IMG/VR virus record: IMGVR_UViG_3300028840_002373
Location: 1-56,600 of that record
DNA length: 56,600 bases
Direction: 5' to 3' (one strand)
From: a virus
Lineage: Duplodnaviria; Caudoviricetes
Shown: positions 36,626 through 43,973 of the stretch, piece by piece
Numbering within the stretch: the first letter of the stretch is position 1
Layout: the number at the start of each line of letters is the position of its first letter
Program-made: the position numbers and the translations under genes
Notes under the pieces: generated by a model
What the model was told of the DNA's origin: nothing
Seen by the model: the letters and a program-made list of their open reading frames with translations, nothing else
The model's database searches: none

Positions 36626-36934
36626 TTATAATTTCACAACTTTATTATCTATATATGCGACATACCCATCTTTACAATATTGGTATTCAAATTTAATTTT
36701 TTCTCTTATATAATCCAATGTATACATTGCTAAATTATCATACCCATTTAATACAATATAATTCTTATCAATCTTTTTTACTTTTTCTAATGTCTTCTTA
36801 ATATCGTCGTATTCGTCAACACCTTCCCAATATAATTCATACATCCAAGACCGTCCTTTTTTATAAATAATTACATCCGCTATTCCTTCCTCAAAAACAC
36901 ATTGTAATACTTTAGATAATTTAATTAGATTCAT
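36626..36934 (-). CDS. Early protein with YKKGRSW motif
   Basis: Paralogous to the N-terminus of 32996-34453. Confidence 0.65.
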   Translation of the reverse strand: MNLIKLSKVLQCVFEEGIADVIIYKKGRSWMYELYWEGVDEYDDIKKTLEKVKKIDKNYIVLNGYDNLAMYTLDYIREKIKFEYQYCKDGYVAYIDNKVVKL

Positions 36935-36986
36935 AATTTTTAAATCTCCTTTAAGTTTAATTTAGTTTGTTTTACCTTATGATTAT

Positions 36987-37015
36987 ATATTATCATGTAT
37001 TAACATTTATGTCAA
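36987..37015 (-). promoter_or_regulatory. Early promoter TTGACA-N17-TAATAT
   Basis: Conserved promoter family. Confidence 0.8.
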
Positions 37016-37065
37016 TACGTTCTATGTTACAATTATGTTAATACATGATAACGATTAAAAAGATA

Positions 37066-37650
37066 TTAATTTCCTATTTTTACGAAGTTTTTCTTAGATT
37101 TCTTAGTATTATCAAATATCGTTTTTTCACCATAAACACTACTAGTTTTTTCTTTTGTCCATCCCCTACGATTTTTTGATTTCTTGAAATTCTTAGAATC
37201 ACTCATAAACCACGCTCTAGCTGTTTTACCCCATTGAAAACCTAGTAATTTTAATTCTTCCTTAATCGGTGTGGTATCTCCTTCAATCCATAACCATGTA
37301 CCCTTAAGAATTGTTTTAATACCCTCTTTTTTAAGTAACTCAATTATCGCATTTTTGAATCTATCGTCGTTTAAATCATCTTCCTTGATATTGTCCTCAC
37401 TAAAATTACTATTGTTGTACTTTTTAGCATTTTCTTTCATATGTTCAACCTTATGAATCTTATAGTAAGAATCATAATCATTACTCATACATTTAAAAAA
37501 TATATCATCCAAATCCTTGTTTACGTCAGGATGTAATAGTTTACTAAATCTCTTAAAGCTTGTCTTTAGTTCGCCCAAGTCCTTACAATTAAAAAATAAT
37601 TCTAACTTGTTTACACCTTTTTCAATAAGTTTCAATTCATAGTTTTTCAT
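37066..37650 (-). CDS. J-domain (DnaJ-like) protein
   Basis: ELKTSFKRFSKLLHPD J-domain motif followed by GTWLWIEGDT..IKEELK.LGFQW. Confidence 0.8.
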   Translation of the reverse strand: MKNYELKLIEKGVNKLELFFNCKDLGELKTSFKRFSKLLHPDVNKDLDDIFFKCMSNDYDSYYKIHKVEHMKENAKKYNNSNFSEDNIKEDDLNDDRFKNAIIELLKKEGIKTILKGTWLWIEGDTTPIKEELKLLGFQWGKTARAWFMSDSKNFKKSKNRRGWTKEKTSSVYGEKTIFDNTKKSKKNFVKIGN

Positions 37651-37738
37651 AATCTCATAATCTCCTTTTTGTTTAATTTAGTTTAATTTGGTTTTTCATG
37701 GGGTACTCAGTACCCCACTTTTTACTAATGTTTCTTTA

Positions 37739-38038
37739 TTATCTAACTGTCACCATGTTACCTATTTTATTATTGTTTTTATTTTGATTCATTACTATCT
37801 CAATATCTCCATTTTCTAACCTTGTACTATCTATTACTTCATTTGGTTTCTTAGTATTTTTATAGATATCTAATCCTATAAATTCTTTCAAATTTGCCTT
37901 AGTTGTCTTTACATATTTTGAATAAATCACATGACCGCCAATTTCTTGATTTATATATGTGTGTCCACAGCTGTAAATTTTTACTAAGTATACCTTATTT
38001 TCATTGTATTGATCTTGTACTCTTATAATTGTTTTCAT
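37739..38038 (-). CDS. Early hypothetical protein
   Basis: First gene after a promoter; conserved leader. Confidence 0.65.
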   Translation of the reverse strand: MKTIIRVQDQYNENKVYLVKIYSCGHTYINQEIGGHVIYSKYVKTTKANLKEFIGLDIYKNTKKPNEVIDSTRLENGDIEIVMNQNKNNNKIGNMVTVR

Positions 38039-38087
38039 ATTCTTATAATCTCCTTTAAGTTTAATTTAGTTTGTTTCGTTCTTGACT

Positions 38088-38124
38088 ATGATAATATATT
38101 ATCATGTATTAACATTAATGTCAA
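38088..38124 (-). promoter_or_regulatory. Early promoter with perfect ATGATAATATATTATCAT palindrome
   Basis: Palindrome at 38088-38105; TGTCAA at 38119. Confidence 0.85.
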
Positions 38125-38504
38125 TACGTTTTTGTATTACATAATTATTATGTGAATGTTACAGGAATATTACACACCTAAGGTTATACAATTAAAAAAA
38201 AAGATACGATTAAAAAAGAACTCAAAATATAAGATTCTTTCTTTTAATTGTAGAAAACTTTTGTAAATATGCGTATACCTCAGCTGTAAGAACGGATTTG
38301 ACGGTTTTGTATAGCGTTCTCTGAATCCGTTGGTATAACTGAGTTAGACCATGATAAATCATTTGTAGCGATTCTATTTTTCAATAATGATACTTTGTAA
38401 AACGATATAAAATAAAATCGCTGTAAATGAGCTTATGCAAAAATAATAAAAATAAGGTATAATTGAATTGTATCGGTACACTTTTAGACTAATGTTAAAA
38501 TGGG

Positions 38505-38670
38505 CTGCTGGTGTTAAACTATAGTTGACTAAGGAAATTATTAAAGACTGCTGGTGTTAAACTATGGTTGACTAAGGAAATTATTAAAGGCTACTGATGT
38601 TAAACTATGGTTGACTAAGGAAATTATTGAAAACTAAGAGTGATTAAGTGTACTATGGTTGACTGGAATT
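38505..38670. repeat. 43-bp tandem repeat (three copies plus a partial)
   Basis: ctgctggtgttaaactatrgttgactaaggaaattattaaagr at 38505, 38548, 38591. Confidence 0.92.
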
Positions 38671-38907
38671 TTGAAAGAATTATTATTTTATCTATGGGTG
38701 TTTTGTACCCTTCAAATCAAACTATATCGGTCTAAAATTTCTTAAATCAAATCTCGATGTTTATATTTATCAAATTTAGTATCACATAGTACCCAGGTGA
38801 CAGTTGACTCACTGGCGTTAGTTATATTTATCATTTCATTAAATCAATGTATAGAATAGCAGATACAAAGGTTTTCTATGGTTTATATTTAATCCACAAT
38901 GGACAGT

Positions 38908-39346
38908 TTGGGCACACATGGGCAAGTCTTGGGCACTTTTTGGGCACATTGTAACCCTCATCATTACTAGGTTTGGGCGCTTTGGGCGCATTTTTGCAAA
39001 ATTACTCTATATATATTTATATATAAAAAAATATATTTTTTTTTATAGTTTTTTTTTTTATCAAAAATATCTACAGCGAAATTATTAAATATATGCCCAA
39101 AATGCCCAAATGCAGTAATAGCTTAAAAGTAAAGTGCCCAAATTTTTTTAAAACCTGCCCAAACCTCACTAGGAGTGGTGCCCAACTGAACTAAGAACTC
39201 CTAGTTTACTTAGAGTACCCTCTAAATAAATCTTGGGCACTTTTTCATTTTTTGGGCACTTTTTTTTTTTATGAAAATATTTTTTAATTGGGCAAAAAAA
39301 AAAAAAAAAAGTGCCCAAGAAAAAAAAGTGCCCAAGATTTTGCCCA
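38908..39346. repeat. Origin-like element B, inverted homolog of element A, with an extra mini-array at 39233-39346
   Basis: TGGGCR x6, AT core, TGCCCAA x5, then TTGGGCA x3, poly-A, TGCCCA x3; reverse complement aligns with 20107-20385. Confidence 0.87.
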
Positions 39347-39428
39347 CGTAGTTTTATTTAGAACGAAAATAGCACTTTTTTAGCAAAATGTTTGACACTT
39401 TTAACTAATGTCATACTGTAGTGACAAG

Positions 39429-39437
39429 TTATCCACA
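39429..39437 (+). promoter_or_regulatory. Perfect DnaA box TTATCCACA
   Basis: Exact consensus next to element B; one-mismatch TAATCCACA at 38890. Confidence 0.45.
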
Positions 39438-39574
39438 GTTATTTTTATATCAAATAATAATGATAATTACGTTAATTGGCGAACTGTAGTTATCCCAAGT
39501 TATACAATGGTGTTTATTGAAAATCAATAAGCATAGTAAATTATAGCATAACCCTTGTGTATCAAGGCATAACA

Positions 39575-39610
39575 AAAGGAAGCTGAGAACGTTCCAAGCT
39601 TCCTTTTTTA
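39575..39610. terminator. Bidirectional terminator
   Basis: aaaaggaagct/agcttcctttttt. Confidence 0.7.
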
Positions 39611-39620
39611 TAACTACTGT

Positions 39621-39914
39621 TTACCACTTTATAGTAAATAATTCATTTATATTAAATTCATCCTCTATGTGATAGATCACTAGTACTTTATCACCTACAT
39701 TATAGTTTTGATTCTTAATGCAAAAGTATTGAGTGTATTTATAATTACCTTGACTATCATATACCTTTGTATTATCTATAATCATTTTGTAACCTAGACT
39801 ATAATCTTCTACAGTTATTATTTTAATACCAGCTATTCCATATATTACTAAACAAGATATTGTATAACTTAGAATTACAATTGTTATTAATATTATAATT
39901 AGTTTCTTATTCAT
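39621..39914 (-). CDS. Membrane-anchored or secreted small protein
   Basis: N-terminal MNKK plus hydrophobic helix. Confidence 0.6.
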   Translation of the reverse strand: MNKKLIIILITIVILSYTISCLVIYGIAGIKIITVEDYSLGYKMIIDNTKVYDSQGNYKYTQYFCIKNQNYNVGDKVLVIYHIEDEFNINELFTIKW

Positions 39915-40138
39915 TAAGCAAATACCTCCATTAATTGTAATTCAATATCAACTCTTTTTAAGCTTTTGTATTTACCTAGTAATTCGTTGTACTCTTTATT
40001 AACATTAGCTTTATAACTGTTAAACCTTTTCATTAACTTAGTTACTTCCTTAGTCTTCCTTTCGTAACTCTTAGGTAATTTCATTGTACTAGTGATACCC
40101 TCTGTTATAACCTTGATAGCTATTAGTTTAATATTCAT
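39914..40138 (-). CDS. Early hypothetical protein
   Basis: Conserved leader plus RBS. Confidence 0.65.
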   Translation of the reverse strand: MNIKLIAIKVITEGITSTMKLPKSYERKTKEVTKLMKRFNSYKANVNKEYNELLGKYKSLKRVDIELQLMEVFA

Positions 40139-40306
40139 AATCTTTTAATCTCCTTTTAGTTTAATTTAGTTTAATCTTAGTTTACTATAGTTCTTGTGGT
40201 GCTTGTTGTAGTAGAGTACTATAGGATATAGCACTAGAATACTACAGTAGTACAACAGTAGACCACTGTTACACCACTAGGTAAGTACTAACCTTACCTT
40301 AAATAC

Positions 40307-40335
40307 ATTATATCACACATGATAATCCATGTCAA
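40307..40335 (-). promoter_or_regulatory. Perfect consensus promoter TTGACA-N17-TATAAT with extended TG
   Basis: Exact match; heads the leftward early region. Confidence 0.9.
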
Positions 40336-40473
40336 TCAATTATCATGAATTAATATCATTGTAACAATTGTAACCGAGTTGTAATATTGTCACAAAAATT
40401 ATACATTGTTTGCTTTTGCGCTTGGGGGAGGTCTGCAAAAAATCTGCGCACAATTTTTTTCAAAACTACCTGT

Positions 40474-40645
40474 AAACCTTTGTAAATTGTAGTGAACTTT
40501 TGTTTACTTTATATACTTAAACCTTTGTAGTGAACTTTTGTTTACTTTATATACTTAAACCTTTGTAGTGAACTTTTGTTTACTTTATATTCTTTATTTA
40601 TATACTCAAACCTTTGTAAATTGTAGTAAACTTTTGTTACTTACA
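40474..40645. repeat. 38-bp tandem repeat (about four copies)
   Basis: ttgtagtgaacttttgtttactttatatacttaaacct at 40487, 40525, 40563, variant at 40621. Confidence 0.92.
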
Positions 40646-40743
40646 CATAAACTAACATATAAAATTTATAAAACAATATATATTAATTAGTTATCATGAT
40701 ATACTATGTTTAACAAATAAATTAAGTTAATGGAGGTAATTAT

Positions 40744-41004
40744 ATGTATTTTGAAAAAGGTGATGAAGCTACAATTAAGATCAGACAGGGTTATAAATTG
40801 AGGAAAATCACAGTAGCTCAATTGGACTATCTTGTAGAAAGGGAACAATATAAGGATGATTCGCCATTTGCGGAGCAAGCTGGTAAGAGGACACCACAAT
40901 GCAATAAAACAACAGTTATTCAGTATCTTATAGATAATGCTTTAACTGATGATGAGAGACAATATGTTCTTGATAAATTTAGAAGGGAGGAAGGTATAAC
41001 TTGA
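40744..41004 (+). CDS. Possible RHH-like regulator
   Basis: GYKLRKITVAQLDYL...NKTTVIQYLID; first gene of the rightward block. Confidence 0.5.
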   Translation: MYFEKGDEATIKIRQGYKLRKITVAQLDYLVEREQYKDDSPFAEQAGKRTPQCNKTTVIQYLIDNALTDDERQYVLDKFRREEGIT

Positions 41005-41201
41005 AGGTCATAGATGATCAAAATAATTATATTGTGAATATACCAGATAATTTGATAATAACATCTGGTGATATTCTTGATATTTTTAATCGTTTATACA
41101 GGATAATTTATGTAACTTCTGATACAACATATGTTAAGTCATTAACAGAAGTTACTATTGGTAATATTGGTTGGTTAAAAGAATGTAAGTTATGGACTTA
41201 G
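41001..41201 (+). CDS. Hypothetical protein (similar to N-terminus of 41234-41560)
   Basis: M...D...N......G..L.I....Y pattern. Confidence 0.5.
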   Translation: MKVIDDQNNYIVNIPDNLIITSGDILDIFNRLYRIIYVTSDTTYVKSLTEVTIGNIGWLKECKLWT

Positions 41202-41233
41202 ATTTATTAGAGATATATTAGGATGGTGAATAA

Positions 41234-41560
41234 ATGCATATTTATGATAAAGATAAAAATTTTCTAACAAAATTATCTACAGGTATAGGGTTACAATTAA
41301 GGATAGGTTCTATGTTAGAGATTGATAATACTATTTATGTGGTTGAAAATATGATTATGGATAATAGTAGAGATCAATATATAACATACGTTGATACATT
41401 ATTGAATTACAAATTAAAAGGTCATGTTTTACAATTCACTTATGATTATTACACACCAGAGGAAATACAATTTTATTTGGACAACATAGGTTTAGAGATA
41501 AGACTTAAAGATGATATTGATTATTCAAAAGATACAAGGATGATAAAAGTAAACAGATAA
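41234..41560 (+). CDS. Hypothetical protein
   Basis: ORF with RBS. Confidence 0.55.
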   Translation: MHIYDKDKNFLTKLSTGIGLQLRIGSMLEIDNTIYVVENMIMDNSRDQYITYVDTLLNYKLKGHVLQFTYDYYTPEEIQFYLDNIGLEIRLKDDIDYSKDTRMIKVNR

Positions 41561-41596
41561 TAAGATATTTTTTTTAATTGGAAAAGGGGTGGGAAC

Positions 41597-41803
41597 ATGG
41601 TTAAGACAATGATAATTATTTTAATCGCAATATATATCGTTTCAATGCCTATATATTGTGATTTAATTAAGGTGTATCGAAGGGATGTAGATATAGAATA
41701 CAAAATAAGTTTGATTAATCTTATTATTATGATGTTACCTATGATAAATACTATATATTGCTTAGTATTATATTTACAAATAAAGGAGAATAATGAATTA
41801 TGA
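41597..41803 (+). CDS. Small two-TM membrane protein
   Basis: Hydrophobic helices, PMINT motif. Confidence 0.55.
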   Translation: MVKTMIIILIAIYIVSMPIYCDLIKVYRRDVDIEYKISLINLIIMMLPMINTIYCLVLYLQIKENNEL

Positions 41804-42168
41804 CAATGTATGATAATTATAAGGATAAGAAAATATTTAAGGTTAAGTTAGATTATGAATATTTTAGGATAAATAATATTGGCTCAAAGGTAATAGATAC
41901 ATTAAAGGAGATTGAGGAAAGCCAATCTTTTTTAATTGTATACACATTAGACGATTATGTTAATGAGTTCAATGAGCCATCGGGATATTATTTATACAAT
42001 ACACGAATAATTATAACACCATTAGCAATTAAGCAAAAGAAAGAGATAACTAGGTCATTAGTAGACCTTATTAGAAATAGTAGATTTGATGAAGATGAAA
42101 ATGAGTCGAAGAATATAGAAGAAATAGTAGATGATGTTATATTAATGGATGATGTTGCAAATAAGTAA
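41800..42168 (+). CDS. Hypothetical protein
   Basis: AAGGAG RBS. Confidence 0.55.
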   Translation: MTMYDNYKDKKIFKVKLDYEYFRINNIGSKVIDTLKEIEESQSFLIVYTLDDYVNEFNEPSGYYLYNTRIIITPLAIKQKKEITRSLVDLIRNSRFDEDENESKNIEEIVDDVILMDDVANK

Positions 42169-42180
42169 GGAGTGTAAATT

Positions 42181-42558
42181 ATGGATGAAGGTAAATCTGG
42201 TAGTATTTTAGAAAAATTAGATGTATTGAGTGATTTAATTGATGATGAATTAAAAGAAGCAAATAATAAATTCCCATTGTTTCAAAGTATGCATGAAGCA
42301 TATGGGGTAATGAGGGAAGAATTAGAGGAATGTAATGATGAATTTAAGAAAATAAAATATATGATATTAAGTAATTATTGGACTTATGCAAAGAATGATA
42401 AATTTCACATGAAGACTAAAGATTCTATTAATAAATTATTGGTTGAATTAGATTCTGTTATAATTTTTAATATTTACGAATTAATCCAATTAGGTGCTAT
42501 GGTAAGAAAGAGTAAACTATTGAATGATAAGGGGATGAATATAGATGAAACTAAATAA
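42181..42558 (+). CDS. MazG-like nucleotide pyrophosphohydrolase
   Basis: FQSMHEAYGVMREELEE...ELIQLGAM all-alpha ExxE pattern. Confidence 0.7.
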   Translation: MDEGKSGSILEKLDVLSDLIDDELKEANNKFPLFQSMHEAYGVMREELEECNDEFKKIKYMILSNYWTYAKNDKFHMKTKDSINKLLVELDSVIIFNIYELIQLGAMVRKSKLLNDKGMNIDETK

Positions 42559-42730
42559 TTTACTTAAACTCAATAAATTCATTATTATTTTTTTAATCGT
42601 TACAATACTTGTCATGCTATTTACAATTGGGTTATGTGCTAGTATTTTTTTTAATGCTTTATTTGATAATGATTCTGATAAGAATAAACCAGTTAATATT
42701 GATAAGATTGCAGTGATTAGGAAAAACTAG
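42545..42730 (+). CDS. Small membrane protein
   Basis: Single TM helix. Confidence 0.5.
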   Translation: MKLNNLLKLNKFIIIFLIVTILVMLFTIGLCASIFFNALFDNDSDKNKPVNIDKIAVIRKN

Positions 42731-42877
42731 ATTTATATTGATGTTTATGAATTAACATGGTAAACTTATGTTAATGATAAGAAGTTTTTTTCAAGTTATT
42801 TTTCCTTAAATAATTTAAATGGATTCGTTTTAGAATTATTAATACATTTAAATCCCTAGAAATTTTAAGTGATAAAA

Positions 42878-42904
42878 AAAAGAGTCAAATAGACTCTTTT
42901 TTTT
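42878..42904 (+). terminator. Intrinsic terminator
   Basis: aaagagtc-aaata-gactctttttttt. Confidence 0.75.
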
Positions 42905-42994
42905 AATTGTTATCTATTCAATAATTAATAACTTTATTGAATCTTAATATAGCGGAGTGATACAATATTAGTAAACGAAAAGAGGTAAAGACTA

Positions 42995-43267
42995 ATGATT
43001 CATAATTCACTTAAAGAAGTAAATGTAAAAGATGTTACGACATATACTGTGAATGGTGATTTAACAATTCATATTTATAAAAATATTGCATTAGATGATT
43101 GTAATTATTATATGTCTGTGTTATCACATAATATTATAAATTATGCTTTAGGTACTAATGACTTAACAATGGCTAAAAATAAAGCAATTAGTAATTTAGG
43201 TCATATAATAAGGGAATATATTAATGATTACAATAAGACCTTAGATCAACTAGGTTTAGCTAATTAA
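42995..43267 (+). CDS. Hypothetical protein
   Basis: GAGGT RBS. Confidence 0.6.
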   Translation: MIHNSLKEVNVKDVTTYTVNGDLTIHIYKNIALDDCNYYMSVLSHNIINYALGTNDLTMAKNKAISNLGHIIREYINDYNKTLDQLGLAN

Positions 43268-43295
43268 AATAAATAATGAAAGGAGTTGTTTTTAA

Positions 43296-43973
43296 TTGGA
43301 TAAGACTAATATGACAGATAGTAGCTATTATAGGATAAGGATTCACAGAGCAAAATGTCCTATATGCATGTTTACAGAAAAGATACGAGATTTTACTAAT
43401 AAGAAGATACTCAGGGGTGATTCTATTGAATCTATAACTGAGTATATTATCAAGAAACATCCAATTTATGATGAAGATGATAGAGAATCTTTTAATTTTA
43501 TTATTCGTTCTCATGCGGAATACTTAGATACTATGTTGAGCGATATTAAAAATAAGAGTATGTATAAGTTAATAAAACCACAATTAGATGATGTAAATAT
43601 TGATGATATGAGAATGAATGATAAACTTAAGTTAATCCAGCAGTTAGAAGATGAGTTGAATATTGAAAGAGACAATATGAGTGATGAGCAAATATCTGTG
43701 ATGAAAGCTTTAATGAATGAAACATTACCTCTTTTAATTGGTAGGTTTAACAAAGAGATCATTAGAGGAAATGCACAAGCTGTAAGACTTTTGTCCAATA
43801 GTGTATCAATGACACTAGATTCAATTACAGATTTGAATAAGAAACTTAAAAATGTATCAGAAGAAATGAAAGATATTGATGAAATGGAGTTGTTGGAAAT
43901 TGACTCAAGTAGAAAAGAAAAAGTCGTATCCTTATCCGACAGAATACAACAAGCTGTGGGAAACTCAGACTAA
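43296..43973 (+). CDS. Terminase small subunit (putative)
   Basis: Directly upstream of and overlapping TerL; N-terminal CPIC...H..Y, helical. Confidence 0.6.
   Translation: MDKTNMTDSSYYRIRIHRAKCPICMFTEKIRDFTNKKILRGDSIESITEYIIKKHPIYDEDDRESFNFIIRSHAEYLDTMLSDIKNKSMYKLIKPQLDDVNIDDMRMNDKLKLIQQLEDELNIERDNMSDEQISVMKALMNETLPLLIGRFNKEIIRGNAQAVRLLSNSVSMTLDSITDLNKKLKNVSEEMKDIDEMELLEIDSSRKEKVVSLSDRIQQAVGNSD

Noticed and set aside
39477-39483. Spo0A box TGGCGAA near element B
   Set aside because: A single 7-mer with one degenerate position is too weak to support on its own
38505-40645. 43-bp and 38-bp repeats as CRISPR arrays
   Set aside because: Head-to-tail tandem copies with no unique spacers
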